Of a stretch of 64,000 nt of DNA, positions 8,903 through 18,627 are shown in pieces. Every line of letters starts with the position of its first letter. Positions within the stretch are counted from its first letter, which is position 1. The notes beneath the pieces were generated by a model, which was not told where the DNA came from, made no database searches, and saw nothing but the letters and a program-made list of their open reading frames with translations. This stretch comes from a virus: IMG/VR virus record IMGVR_UViG_3300021197_001243, positions 1 through 64,000 of that record. One strand, given 5' to 3'. Position numbers and translations under genes: made by a program.

Positions 8903-9706
8903 ATGGCAATTAAATCAAATAGTTCCGAACAAGAAGTAGCTAGTGGAGGCAAAAAGCTTTACACAGGCATTACTCCTATGAGTGTGGTAGCAGTAAATCC
9001 AACACTGGATGAGCTACACGCTATGGATATCATGTATCAATCAGAACCTAACTACACTGTAGATTTTGGTGATGGTGACGTACAAAAAGTTGTTCTTTGG
9101 CTTAAGAATGAGGATATAACCGTACCTATGGAAATCCTTATCACCCCTGGGCCTTGGAAATCTAAGACAGGTAAGTTTAAGTGGCTTAATAGTCAAGGTC
9201 AAGAGACTTGGGCACAGGAAGATGAGAATGGAGCTATAGATAGCTCTAATCTTATGGACTGGTTCAAGAATCCTGAGAGCTGTTACAAAGTTGCACGAGG
9301 TGCAGATACTCTTACAGATTTTGTAAAAGTATGGGCTAATGTTGCTCCTGGCGATGAAGTTCAACTTGACACTCTTTCTAAGATAGAGAAAGGTGACATG
9401 ACAGAGCTTAAGCAGCTTATCAAAGCACTTGCAAGTAACAAATTACGTGTACTTGTATTTGTACGTGATGGTAAGTATCAAGGAGTTTATACTCGTCACT
9501 TTGGTAGACTTATGCCTCAGAGAAATGATCTGTTCTTGAAAGCTATGAATCAAGATTATGGTCAGGTTAAAGGTGAATACAGTATCGAGTGGGGAGAGCA
9601 CAAACCAGGTGTTCTTACTCCAGATGCAGTGGATACTACGTCTGAGATTTCTGAAGACGCAGATTGGCTTGCTGATCCTGTAGGAGAAGAAGAGTCTCCA
9701 TTTTAA
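8903..9706 (+). CDS. conserved replication protein, possibly a second SSB (Sak4 partner)
   Basis: 267 aa, beta-rich, acidic tail ending GEEESPF as in SSB C-termini; downstream of Sak4. Confidence 0.55.
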   Translation: MAIKSNSSEQEVASGGKKLYTGITPMSVVAVNPTLDELHAMDIMYQSEPNYTVDFGDGDVQKVVLWLKNEDITVPMEILITPGPWKSKTGKFKWLNSQGQETWAQEDENGAIDSSNLMDWFKNPESCYKVARGADTLTDFVKVWANVAPGDEVQLDTLSKIEKGDMTELKQLIKALASNKLRVLVFVRDGKYQGVYTRHFGRLMPQRNDLFLKAMNQDYGQVKGEYSIEWGEHKPGVLTPDAVDTTSEISEDADWLADPVGEEESPF

Positions 9707-9726
9707 GTAGAGTTTAATTTATAATC

Positions 9727-9764
9727 AAGGGGAGGGTACAATAATGTATCTTCCCCTTTTATTA
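9727..9764 (+). terminator. intrinsic terminator
   Basis: AAGGGGAGGGTACA-ATAA-TGTATCTTCCCCTT followed by a T-rich tract. Confidence 0.85.
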
Positions 9765-9772
9765 TTTTACGT

Positions 9773-10789
9773 ATGGGTATAGATGTAAGAAATAGTGATG
9801 TAGTATTATCCGTGGAAACCATTTTAAGTAAAATAACTGATTATGACATATTTAGATTTTACTGTCCACCATTTAAGCAGGTAGGTAAAAAGTTTAGTAG
9901 TGAGCTAAGAGAGGATCCTATACCAAGTGCACATATAACTGTGAAGAACAACAGACTAAGATATATCGATTATGGATATACAGAGCATAGGTTCGACAGC
10001 ATAGGATATGTACAGTACAAGTATAACATACCTTTTAGGAGCGCTTTACTTACAATAGACCGTGATTTTAATTTAGGTCTTGCAGGTAAGAATAATACAG
10101 GTAAAGTAGTAAGTATAGGTAAAACTTATGGGGTGAAAAAGTTCCAAAAGATACCTTGCCTTATACAAATACGTACAAGACAATTTAGTACGTATGATAA
10201 ACTGTATTGGGAAGACTATTGTATTAGTAAAGAGACTCTCCGAGAGTATAATGTAAAACCTATCACTCACTATTGGATAAATGGGATACGCTATCCTGCG
10301 CATAAAGTTGCATATGCTTACTGTGAACATCCTGGAAAGTACAAATTATACTCTCCATTGAAACAGGAAGGTAAATGGTTCGGTAATATGCAAATGAAAC
10401 ATGTACAGGGTGTTACAATGTTACCAATATTTGGTAATTTGTGCCTTTTAGCATCATCATTGAAAGATGTTATGTGTCTTTATGAACTTGGGATTCCAGC
10501 TGTAGCATTACAGAGTGAATCTATGATGCCTCCTAAGAAGCTTATTGCTTTTCTTAAGAGGAAGTTTGATAAAGTAAAGGTGTTGTACGACAATGATTTT
10601 ACAAAAGATAATAACCCAGGACAGACTATGGCTTTATCCATCTGTAAAGAGTATGAACTCGAGAATATCTGTATTCCTACTGAGCTAGGAGCTAAAGATA
10701 TATCAGATGTGATGCAAATTCATGGGCCTGTCAAAGCAATATCCCTAATAAAATGGCATTCAAAAGAAAAGGTAGGAGAAAAGGAGTAA
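9773..10789 (+). CDS. DnaG-family (TOPRIM) primase, crAss type
   Basis: SELREDPIPS N-terminal motif, SSLKDVM, LQSE, YDND, AKDISD. Confidence 0.85.
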   Translation: MGIDVRNSDVVLSVETILSKITDYDIFRFYCPPFKQVGKKFSSELREDPIPSAHITVKNNRLRYIDYGYTEHRFDSIGYVQYKYNIPFRSALLTIDRDFNLGLAGKNNTGKVVSIGKTYGVKKFQKIPCLIQIRTRQFSTYDKLYWEDYCISKETLREYNVKPITHYWINGIRYPAHKVAYAYCEHPGKYKLYSPLKQEGKWFGNMQMKHVQGVTMLPIFGNLCLLASSLKDVMCLYELGIPAVALQSESMMPPKKLIAFLKRKFDKVKVLYDNDFTKDNNPGQTMALSICKEYELENICIPTELGAKDISDVMQIHGPVKAISLIKWHSKEKVGEKE

Positions 10790-11196
10790 AGCTGATTAAA
10801 AGTAAACCCTCAGTTGTAGACGGCATTAAGTTTAAAAGTAAACTTGAAGTCTATGCCTATAAGGAACTTCAAAAAGCCAAGATAAAATTCAAGTATGAAG
10901 AGGATAAGTTCAGTCTTATAGACGGATTTCCTCCAATCTCAGAATCTTGGGAGTTCAGGTATAAAAAGTTTGCACCTGTTAAGAATACAATCAGAGGAAT
11001 AACCTACACACCTGACTTTACGTGTCCAGATATGCGGTGGGTAATAGAAACAAAAGGTAGACCTAATGAGTCCTTTCCGTTAAGATGGAAGTTATTTAAG
11101 AGATACATACACTCAACAGGTAAACCTACGCTTTTGTTCCTCCCTACTAATAAATCACAGGTAGATATCTGCATAGAACAAATTTTAAAGTTATGA
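10753..11196 (+). CDS. PD-(D/E)XK endonuclease, T7 endonuclease I / DUF1064-like Holliday junction resolvase
   Basis: DGIKFKSKLE, YTPDF, VIETKG. Confidence 0.85.
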   Translation: MAFKRKGRRKGVKLIKSKPSVVDGIKFKSKLEVYAYKELQKAKIKFKYEEDKFSLIDGFPPISESWEFRYKKFAPVKNTIRGITYTPDFTCPDMRWVIETKGRPNESFPLRWKLFKRYIHSTGKPTLLFLPTNKSQVDICIEQILKL

Positions 11197-11564
11197 TACA
11201 CAGTGACCAGCACTTAAACTGGTTAAGATCTTTAGAAAAAGGGGACCTTATAGGTCTATCATACTTCAACGGCATACAACCGGGTATAATTCAAAGAGTA
11301 CGTAGGGGGCATTGTAAAGTATGGAGTTGGAAAGAATCTCGTCCAGGCTATCCATATAATCAAGATATAGTGGAAAATCTCCCTTGTGAAGTGGATTGGA
11401 TACCTGTGCAGGAAGGTCAGTATGATTTACCTAGAGAGGATGTTACTATACGATTGAGGTATATAAAAGCTCGTGCGTATGAACGCCTTATGCCTTACCC
11501 TAAAGATTTTATCAGTAAAGAGACAAATAAAATTATTAATCATGTTAAAGAAAGATTGTTTTAA
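11193..11564 (+). CDS. hypothetical protein
   Basis: 123-aa ORF coupled to both neighbours. Confidence 0.7.
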   Translation: MIHSDQHLNWLRSLEKGDLIGLSYFNGIQPGIIQRVRRGHCKVWSWKESRPGYPYNQDIVENLPCEVDWIPVQEGQYDLPREDVTIRLRYIKARAYERLMPYPKDFISKETNKIINHVKERLF

Positions 11565-14291
11565 ATGAGTATAAAAACTATTGAACGTCAAGACACTGGA
11601 ACTAAAGGTGTCGAAAAGAAGATTGATGCAGGAGCTGAAAAGCTTGTGTATGACATCTTGCAACAGACTCAATATTCTACTCCTATTAAGTCTACTGTAC
11701 GAGAGTTAACCACAAATGCGTGGGATTCTCAGAGGGAGAAAGAAGTAGCAATTGAGGTCCTCACAGGCAAAGCCAAAGTTGAGGATTATTATATCGAGAG
11801 ACATGGGGAACAGTATGAAGATAGCAATTTTGATGCTTCATATTATGACCTAAAGTATCTTGATACAGAGAACAACACAGTTGAGATTACCTACATACAA
11901 GAAGAAGGTGCAGGATTCTGTGATACATTTAAAGTACAAGATTATGGTGTAGGCCTTGGAGATAAAAGACTCGAAGGTATCCTAAGTCTTGGCTATTCTA
12001 CTAAGCGTAATACTTCAGAGGGCTTTGGTGCTTTCGGTCTGGGTGCAAAGGTTGCATTCTCTACTGGTGTACCTATGTATATGGTGGAAACCGTGCATAA
12101 TGGAAGAAGGTTTAAATGTGCTTGTTATCCATATCGTACTGAGTTTGTAATCTCTAAGTTTTCTAAAGATGGTACTATGAATGATTTTATAACATTCAGT
12201 GATGGTACTAAAGTATACTATGAGAAGACAGACGAAAAGAATAATACTATTGTAAGCTTTGGAGTTAAGAAGCACAATAGATATTCTTATCGTGATGCTG
12301 TTGACCAGCAACTAATCTATATTGATGGTGTAAATTTTACTATCAAAGAAATAGAGGGTGAAAGAGAGTATGAGTATAGGAATAAGTCTACTAAGGCTGA
12401 AGTAGTATACAACTCTGAGTCTCTTATAATCAGTAATGGTACTGTATTCAACAGACCTCACATAGTTATTGTGAAGGATCCTGCAGATGAGTCAGGTATC
12501 AACTATGGTCATGTAGACTTCCGTGAGTTGGAGTTGCAGGATATGTACGGCTCTATAGGTTTTAAATGCCCTATGCGTCAGACGTATCGTGATGAGTCAG
12601 GTAAGGAGATTGTCATACAAGATGGTGTAAGTGTTACTCCGTCTCGTGAGAAAGTTATCTGGAATGACGCTACTAAGGCTTATATCTTATCTGTTATAGA
12701 GAAGGCTACAGAAGAGGCATCTCAACTTGTAGAGGATAAGCTTCAGAACTCAACTGAAATCTTTGAATGGCTTGAGCAGTGTGCTAAAATCTTTCATAGG
12801 AATGACTCTGATGATATTATTCATAGGATGTCTAACATCATTAATAGTGATGACTTATCTCCTGTGTTCTCCGGTGACTCTATGATAAAGTATCTACCTA
12901 TAAGTAATTTCTTTACAGATAGGATTAAGATAGATAAGGTTACTATAGATTATAGAGGTAAGGTAAAAAGAGACCCAATTACAAATTGGAACACTTTTAA
13001 CTTTGATACTATCTATATTAAGGATACTGTGTATAGCCCTGTAAAGGACATGTATATATGCAAAGGACTTGGTAAAGGTAGTTTTACTTCTGTAGTCATA
13101 AAAGAGTGGAATGATCCAGAGTCTAAAGATGAGTCTGTAAAAGAACTTGCAGATAGTTTATCTGATCTTATAGATGAGCAAAAGCTTAAGTATGAGGCAT
13201 TAGAGGAGTTCATATTGAATGATTCTAGGGTGCAATCCTATAGTGAGTTAGAAGTCCCTGCAGAATTTCTTAAGAAAGCTAAAGAGATTGAGGTCACAGA
13301 GGACGCATTGACTCCTGCAGAGAAACGACTTCTTGAGAACAAAGAGGTAGGTTTTACTCTAAGGTATGATCCTGATGCTCATAGAAGTACTTCTCGTAAG
13401 ACATGGACATGGGATAAGGTTGAGCCAAAAGGTATAGATCTTATAACTACAGATGAGGAAGTGTATTATGGTGGTAAAGAAGATGAGGAATCTCTTGTTC
13501 TTGCTGCCGGTATACTATATCCTTCTGCTCCTGTGATTAACAATTATAACTATTGGGGTCAGAACCCTAGAGCTTTGTTTACACTTAGCCCTTCTGTACG
13601 TTATAATATGTGGGCTAAACAGGGGGAGTCTTATGTAGATGATACTAATTATCCTCAATTAATTAAATTAAGTAGTACTGCGATAAAAAGAGTAGAGAAA
13701 GCTAATTCCTCTTTATCTCATATAGAGAACTTTTTCTTCTTTAGGACAACTTATAATACAATTGAGACTCATCCTATGGTTAGACGTGCTTATACTATTC
13801 GTAAAATAGGTACTACTTTCCCTTTCTTTGATGCTTATTTAAGATCTTTTGATAAGATTGATAATAAAATATCAAGTAAGGCTAGAACGTTACGTGCGTA
13901 TCTATGCGAGTATGACAACTTCTTATGGGCAATTAAAACTGCTTTAGACCACCCTATCTGGGATAGAATGGATGAGTTGTATGAGTTTCAGGTGTTTTGT
14001 GCAAACATTGACTCTGAAGATGAGGATAGAGACAAGAAGATAGCTCAAAAGAGCTTTGAAACCTTTGTCTTTACTGATATCGTAGGAGCTAATGTAGCTG
14101 ATCTTGAGATTCTAAGTCTGCATGAAGAGCTTAATTCTTATGCTAAAACGCTTGATCCTTTATTTAGGGATTTACCTACAACTACGTTTATGCAAGATGA
14201 CTCTGCAGAAGAGATTGCAAAGTACATTAAACTGTACAATCGTGATCAATGGGAGTGGGATAACAAATCTTTCCTATCCTCATTACAATAA
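11565..14291 (+). CDS. rIIA: rIIA-like protein (N-terminal GHKL/HATPase domain)
   Basis: VRELTTNAWDS, VQDYGVGL, STKRNT...GAFGLGAK, VTPSREK; followed by an rIIB-like gene. Confidence 0.85.
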   Translation: MSIKTIERQDTGTKGVEKKIDAGAEKLVYDILQQTQYSTPIKSTVRELTTNAWDSQREKEVAIEVLTGKAKVEDYYIERHGEQYEDSNFDASYYDLKYLDTENNTVEITYIQEEGAGFCDTFKVQDYGVGLGDKRLEGILSLGYSTKRNTSEGFGAFGLGAKVAFSTGVPMYMVETVHNGRRFKCACYPYRTEFVISKFSKDGTMNDFITFSDGTKVYYEKTDEKNNTIVSFGVKKHNRYSYRDAVDQQLIYIDGVNFTIKEIEGEREYEYRNKSTKAEVVYNSESLIISNGTVFNRPHIVIVKDPADESGINYGHVDFRELELQDMYGSIGFKCPMRQTYRDESGKEIVIQDGVSVTPSREKVIWNDATKAYILSVIEKATEEASQLVEDKLQNSTEIFEWLEQCAKIFHRNDSDDIIHRMSNIINSDDLSPVFSGDSMIKYLPISNFFTDRIKIDKVTIDYRGKVKRDPITNWNTFNFDTIYIKDTVYSPVKDMYICKGLGKGSFTSVVIKEWNDPESKDESVKELADSLSDLIDEQKLKYEALEEFILNDSRVQSYSELEVPAEFLKKAKEIEVTEDALTPAEKRLLENKEVGFTLRYDPDAHRSTSRKTWTWDKVEPKGIDLITTDEEVYYGGKEDEESLVLAAGILYPSAPVINNYNYWGQNPRALFTLSPSVRYNMWAKQGESYVDDTNYPQLIKLSSTAIKRVEKANSSLSHIENFFFFRTTYNTIETHPMVRRAYTIRKIGTTFPFFDAYLRSFDKIDNKISSKARTLRAYLCEYDNFLWAIKTALDHPIWDRMDELYEFQVFCANIDSEDEDRDKKIAQKSFETFVFTDIVGANVADLEILSLHEELNSYAKTLDPLFRDLPTTTFMQDDSAEEIAKYIKLYNRDQWEWDNKSFLSSLQ

Positions 14292-14294
14292 AAG

Positions 14295-14311
14295 TAATTT
14301 ACGTATCTTTA
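14295..14311 (+). promoter_or_regulatory. candidate Bacteroidota-type -7 promoter element (TATCTTTA)
   Basis: TATCTTTA at 14304-14311 in the rIIA-rIIB gap; 1 mismatch to TAnnTTTG. Confidence 0.4.
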
Positions 14312-14330
14312 ATTTATAAAACTGTTACAA

Positions 14331-15512
14331 ATGATAACAATAAATGTTATAGATGACCAAATAGTTGGATCATGCGGTGAGACTCCGTTTTCAATGCCTT
14401 TCGATAAAGCTATTTATGACACCTTAGAGTCTTTGGCTCATGCAGCAGAGATTGCTGAGGATATAGATGACTACAATAGTATTATTGCAGAGGGTGAAGC
14501 TCTGGTTCTTAGTGCTAAGGAGTTTATAGGGTCTGTTATAGAGACAGAGTGTGAATACCTTAAAGTGGATCCTATGTCTAGAGAGTTCTTTCTACACTAC
14601 AATGGTCAGACATCTGATATTGCTATGCCACAAGCATTGGTAGATAGAATTGTACATTCTCAAGATGTAGGTGTAGATTTTATGCCTCTTGTACGTATGT
14701 GGGTAAGATTCTTACGCAACCCTAACCTTAATAAGGAGGGTAAAGGCGCTGCTTTCGGTGAGAAGTTCTTCAATTTTGTGAATATGAAGTATGTTCATCC
14801 TAAATTGAAGGAAGAATTTATGAAAGACCACGGTCTTACAGAGGAGGCAGCTGAAGAAAGAGCTACTATGTACCAAATGAAGATCACTAAAGAGGGTCTA
14901 CTCAATGGCTACAAGGTTTCTAAAGAGATCGAGCATAAGTATGAGGCAGATGAAGATGGTGAGGTACGTGAAGTTCCTCGTTATGCACGAACTTTCAATC
15001 CTGATACAGGTGAAATTGACTCTGATGGTAAGCCAGAACACGTAGAAGATAGACTATTTGAACCATCTATGATGGGAAAAGGTGGAGATTCTTTTAGTTG
15101 TGATGGTCCTACTGGCTATGATTCTGATGGGCATTTTATTAAAGTAGGTTGCAGACATGCGTTAAGTAGCTGGGATATGGTGAACATTGATGATGATCGT
15201 TCCTGTGTACCTGGTCTTCATGTAGGCGGATTAAAATACATAGCATGGTATGCAGGTGAGATACACAATGTCTTCATCGATCCTATGCATGTAGGTGCTG
15301 TTCCAGATGATGTGGATGGTGCTATTCGTTGCAAGGAGTACTTTGTACACAGTTCTTTGGTTGGTGTTAATGGCTCCATATACCACAGCTCTACTTATGC
15401 AAAAGCTACTGATGAACAATGGAAAGAGATGCTTGAAGAAGCTGTCGTAGTCCATATTGAAGCAGTAGAAAAACAAACGGCAGACTTAAAAAGGCTTCAG
15501 TCTTTAGTGTAA
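14331..15512 (+). CDS. rIIB: rIIB-like protein
   Basis: WVRFLRNP, ITKEGLLNGYK, SCVPGLHVG, IDPMHVGAVP...IRC; adjacent to rIIA. Confidence 0.85.
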   Translation: MITINVIDDQIVGSCGETPFSMPFDKAIYDTLESLAHAAEIAEDIDDYNSIIAEGEALVLSAKEFIGSVIETECEYLKVDPMSREFFLHYNGQTSDIAMPQALVDRIVHSQDVGVDFMPLVRMWVRFLRNPNLNKEGKGAAFGEKFFNFVNMKYVHPKLKEEFMKDHGLTEEAAEERATMYQMKITKEGLLNGYKVSKEIEHKYEADEDGEVREVPRYARTFNPDTGEIDSDGKPEHVEDRLFEPSMMGKGGDSFSCDGPTGYDSDGHFIKVGCRHALSSWDMVNIDDDRSCVPGLHVGGLKYIAWYAGEIHNVFIDPMHVGAVPDDVDGAIRCKEYFVHSSLVGVNGSIYHSSTYAKATDEQWKEMLEEAVVVHIEAVEKQTADLKRLQSLV

Positions 15513-15530
15513 ATCGTTTGGAGATCAGCA

Positions 15531-15568
15531 GGGACCGGGTACTTAATTGTGCTCGGTCCTTTTTTATT
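15531..15568 (+). terminator. intrinsic terminator
   Basis: GGGACCGGGTAC-TTAATT-GTGCTCGGTCCT followed by TTTTTTATT. Confidence 0.88.
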
Positions 15569-15588
15569 AATCACATTATACAACATGA

Positions 15589-16440
15589 ATGTTAGAAATT
15601 ATAAAACAGGCGGATGGGTTATACGATCCAGAGTCTATAGAAATTAATGAAAATAAGCTATGCTTGATAGATGCAGATAGCCTCTTATATTATTGTATGG
15701 GGGAAGAAACCTTTGAAGCATGTAAAATAAAGCTTGATAGTTTTATACTCGATATACTTGAGAACTGTAAAACCCATAAGTATGTAGCTTTTATGACTCC
15801 TTACGACACTTTTAGAAGAAAAGTAGGTGTTACAAAGCCGTACAAAGGAAATAGAAAGGGTAAAACAGTTCCTCCAGTATTTTATGGGTTAAAAGCTTAT
15901 GCACAGCAAGAGTGGGATTTTACTACTGTTGATGGTATAGAGGCAGATGATTGTGTAGGGTTATACAATTCAATGTTAAAAGATATTGAAGTTGTAATCT
16001 GCAGTCCCGATAAGGATGTAATCTTGCAAGTACCAGGTCTTCATTATAACTATCAAAAGAATGAGTGGGTGGATACTACAGAGGAGAGTGCATGGAAGTT
16101 TCTATGGATGCAAGTCCTAGCTGGTGACAGTGTAGATGGTGTGCCTGGTATTCCTGGTATAGGTATGAAGAAAGCTGAAAAAGCTTTTGAAGACCTTGAT
16201 GTAGATGCATTTCCTTTTCGAGCTTTACATATGTATGTAGAAAAGATTAAATTAGATAATGATTCAAAGTTTAATCAATCTACAGTTAAACAAAAGATTG
16301 ATAAGTTCAAAGAGACTTTAGATCTTGTTTATATGCTAAAGTCCGATAAAGATCTTAGTACATATGGAATAGAATTACCTGAATTACAAATCAATAATGT
16401 ACTAGAAAAATGGGAGGAAGAAACTCAGTCATCACTATAA
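15589..16440 (+). CDS. 5'-3' exonuclease / RNase H (FEN, T7 gp6-like)
   Basis: LIDADSL, YKGNR, IEADD, SPDKD, GDSVDGVPGIPGIGMKKA (H3TH). Confidence 0.93.
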   Translation: MLEIIKQADGLYDPESIEINENKLCLIDADSLLYYCMGEETFEACKIKLDSFILDILENCKTHKYVAFMTPYDTFRRKVGVTKPYKGNRKGKTVPPVFYGLKAYAQQEWDFTTVDGIEADDCVGLYNSMLKDIEVVICSPDKDVILQVPGLHYNYQKNEWVDTTEESAWKFLWMQVLAGDSVDGVPGIPGIGMKKAEKAFEDLDVDAFPFRALHMYVEKIKLDNDSKFNQSTVKQKIDKFKETLDLVYMLKSDKDLSTYGIELPELQINNVLEKWEEETQSSL

Positions 16441-17156
16441 AGGATCCGCTTACAGTGACTGTAGCAAATACTATGGATGTAACCGTAGTAAAAGACGAGG
16501 AGGAAGAGATAGTTTCAATTGATATTCCGGGACTATCTCAAATATCGTTAGGTAATGTTATATCTGTATCTAATCGTAAGTTCAAGTTTAAGATTAATAG
16601 TATCGAGAGTAAGGACATAATGGGTTTACCTGTTTATGATCTTATAATGGCCCCTAGAACTAAAGCATCTCTATTTATTTTACCGATGCTACCAGGTAAT
16701 AGGCAAAGCTACTATTATGATAAACTGTTTCTTAACTGTTTTGTAGGTACAAAGGATGAGCCTAATGTAATTGCCTTATTGTTTAGGTTTTCAGGTATAA
16801 AAAGCTTTATAGCATTAGAAGAGTCTTTGAAGAAGTTAAAAACTTTTGTAAAAGCGGAAGACCCTACTAAAACAACTGTAATGTTTGTATTTAGAGTGCC
16901 TGATAGATACACTAAGAACTATAAAAAGTTTTTAGAGGGTAAGTACTCTGAGATGGACACTGAATACAAATACAGAGTGTTGGACTTTCATAATGCTACT
17001 ATAGATGGAGCTATAGGTCAAATTCTTTTCAAAGACGACGAGCGTAAAGTTCAGTTAGAAGAGATTATAGGCCAAGCTTTACCTGAAAATGCGGAGCTAT
17101 TGAGTACTCCAAATATCCGTCAAGAGACGTATGACCATAAGGTATACGATATCTAA
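16410..17156 (+). CDS. conserved hypothetical phage protein
   Basis: 248-aa ORF with FILPML and FLEGKYSEM motifs; start uncertain. Confidence 0.75.
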   Translation: MGGRNSVITIKDPLTVTVANTMDVTVVKDEEEEIVSIDIPGLSQISLGNVISVSNRKFKFKINSIESKDIMGLPVYDLIMAPRTKASLFILPMLPGNRQSYYYDKLFLNCFVGTKDEPNVIALLFRFSGIKSFIALEESLKKLKTFVKAEDPTKTTVMFVFRVPDRYTKNYKKFLEGKYSEMDTEYKYRVLDFHNATIDGAIGQILFKDDERKVQLEEIIGQALPENAELLSTPNIRQETYDHKVYDI

Positions 17157-17175
17157 AAATCCTTAAGGATGTAAA

Positions 17176-17457
17176 GTGAGAGATAAGGATTCTCTTAGTG
17201 ACCTGTTTCCGGTAACAGCTTTACTAAACTTAACTATTATGGTAGTAAAAACACCTATTGCTTTAAAGTATCTATATACTCGACGGCATCAGATTACAGA
17301 TCAAATGTCTAGACTTATAGACATATCTAATGATTCTAGATGGGATGTACGAGCTAAAAAAGAATTTGAAGCTATGCAAGCAGCCTATAAGGCTACTATA
17401 GATGAAATCAATTTATTAGAAAATTTAAATTACGAAGTAGAGAATGAAGATATATAA
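17176..17457 (+). CDS. hypothetical protein
   Basis: GTG-start ORF, helical C-terminus; the true start may be the later ATG (MVVKTP). Confidence 0.55.
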   Translation: MRDKDSLSDLFPVTALLNLTIMVVKTPIALKYLYTRRHQITDQMSRLIDISNDSRWDVRAKKEFEAMQAAYKATIDEINLLENLNYEVENEDI

Positions 17458-17902
17458 TCAATTTATAATGGAAAAAGTTATAGACATAGTATGTAAGACT
17501 ATGAATGTAGACACAAAAGAAGTGTTTAGTTCTAATAGACATAGAGATGTAGTGGATGCCAGAAGGATAGCTATGAACATTCTTATACAAGAAGAAGGTC
17601 TATCCTTAACATCTGTATCAAAGTTTGTAAAGAAGAACCATGCTACAGGAATACATCATAGAAAAGTGCATAATACTTTATATGCAGCTGAAAAAGGCTA
17701 TAAAGCTTCTTATGATCTCTGCGTTTTAAGATATAAAGGTGGAGATCAATCTACTTTTTCTGATGTTTTAGACCTTACTACTAGGTATAAAGAGCTAGGT
17801 GAAAAGCTAGAAGAAAAAGATAAAGAGATAGCTGATCTTAAATATACTATCCTCAAGCTTGAGAACAAGTTTAGAGATCATAATTTTATGATACCTGCTT
17901 AA
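17444..17902 (+). CDS. DnaA C-terminal (domain IV, HTH) protein with coiled-coil tail
   Basis: VFSSNRHRDVVDARRIAMNIL...SLTSVSKFVKKNHATGIH matches the Bac_DnaA_C pattern (S..R......AR..AMY...SL..IG..F..DHxTV.H). Confidence 0.8.
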   Translation: MKIYNQFIMEKVIDIVCKTMNVDTKEVFSSNRHRDVVDARRIAMNILIQEEGLSLTSVSKFVKKNHATGIHHRKVHNTLYAAEKGYKASYDLCVLRYKGGDQSTFSDVLDLTTRYKELGEKLEEKDKEIADLKYTILKLENKFRDHNFMIPA

Positions 17903-17916
17903 CCAAAACAAAGAAG

Positions 17917-18153
17917 ATGAGAATAATTAATGTAATTGTACGCACAAATCAAAATCCAGTTGTTTCTATAGATAGCTTTGGCGTTTTTGAAGAACAGCTT
18001 TCTGATGAAGTTGTTAAACAAGCTGAAGAGTTATTTATCCAAAAAGCTGTAAGTGAACTTGGAGTTGATGAAGAAAAAGCAGAAGATAGTTTAGAAAATG
18101 GATATATTGATGACGGACTTGTAATAATATCAATTGTATGGTCAGATATTTAA
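17917..18153 (+). CDS. hypothetical protein (cassette 1)
   Basis: 78 aa; ATG inside the repeat. Confidence 0.8.
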   Translation: MRIINVIVRTNQNPVVSIDSFGVFEEQLSDEVVKQAEELFIQKAVSELGVDEEKAEDSLENGYIDDGLVIISIVWSDI

Positions 18154-18168
18154 ACCAAAACAAAGAAG

Positions 18169-18354
18169 ATGAGTGATATGCTAAAAACAGGGTTAATTCC
18201 TTGGTTTTCTAAAACACCTATTAAAACTATAATTGGTTATGAAGACATTGATGGTTTAGGTACAATAGAGCATTCTGTATTAGGGTGTAGACCTCTAACT
18301 TCAGAAGAGATTGAAGAAGAAAAGAAAAAAATTAAACCAAAACAAAGAAGATGA
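18169..18354 (+). CDS. hypothetical protein (cassette 2)
   Basis: 61 aa; ATG inside the repeat, stop inside the next repeat. Confidence 0.75.
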   Translation: MSDMLKTGLIPWFSKTPIKTIIGYEDIDGLGTIEHSVLGCRPLTSEEIEEEKKKIKPKQRR

Positions 18355-18470
18355 TAACATCAGAATGCTGCGGAGCAGAACCTGTACTTGATAGTGATGA
18401 TCTTGGGATATGTCCTGAGTGTAAAGAGCACTGTGAGTATGTTAAAAACGAAGAAGATGAAGACACTTAA
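18351..18470 (+). CDS. small zinc-finger-like protein (39 aa; cassette 3; not in ORF track)
   Basis: MITSECCGAEPVLDSDDLGICPECKEHCEYVKNEEDEDT*; ATG inside the repeat; CC...CxxCxxHC. Confidence 0.8.
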   Translation: MITSECCGAEPVLDSDDLGICPECKEHCEYVKNEEDEDT

Positions 18471-18627
18471 AGAGATTATCGAAAATAACATTGCAGCCCT
18501 TGAAAAAGGTAAAAAATGGTTGACAGACCGTAGCTATGAAGAAGCTGCTGAGGAAACACAAATCAACATCAATATATTATTAGGGATACTTTCTGAACAT
18601 AAAGACCAAAAAAAAGAAGATGAGTGA
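18457..18627 (+). CDS. hypothetical helical protein (56 aa; cassette 4; start re-assigned)
   Basis: MKTLKEIIENN...; ATG preceded by the repeat variant AAAAACGAAGAAG. Confidence 0.75.
   Translation: MKTLKEIIENNIAALEKGKKWLTDRSYEEAAEETQININILLGILSEHKDQKKEDE

Noticed and set aside
2619-10789. Introns or inteins in PolA, DnaB or primase
   Set aside because: The ORFs are continuous, of normal or short size, with no intein or homing endonuclease motifs.
17159-17170. Perfect 12-bp palindrome ATCCTTAAGGAT in a short intergenic gap
   Set aside because: Single occurrence, and plausible by chance in 64 kb of AT-rich DNA; no second copy noticed.
17901-18354. 20-bp direct repeats as a CRISPR array
   Set aside because: The spacers are 160-230 bp, variable in length and protein-coding; the repeat is not palindromic; there are no cas genes.
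18388-18456. TTG start for the 79-aa ORF
   Set aside because: This stretch encodes the 39-aa Zn-finger ORF in another frame; the ATG at 18457 carries the repeat-like leader.
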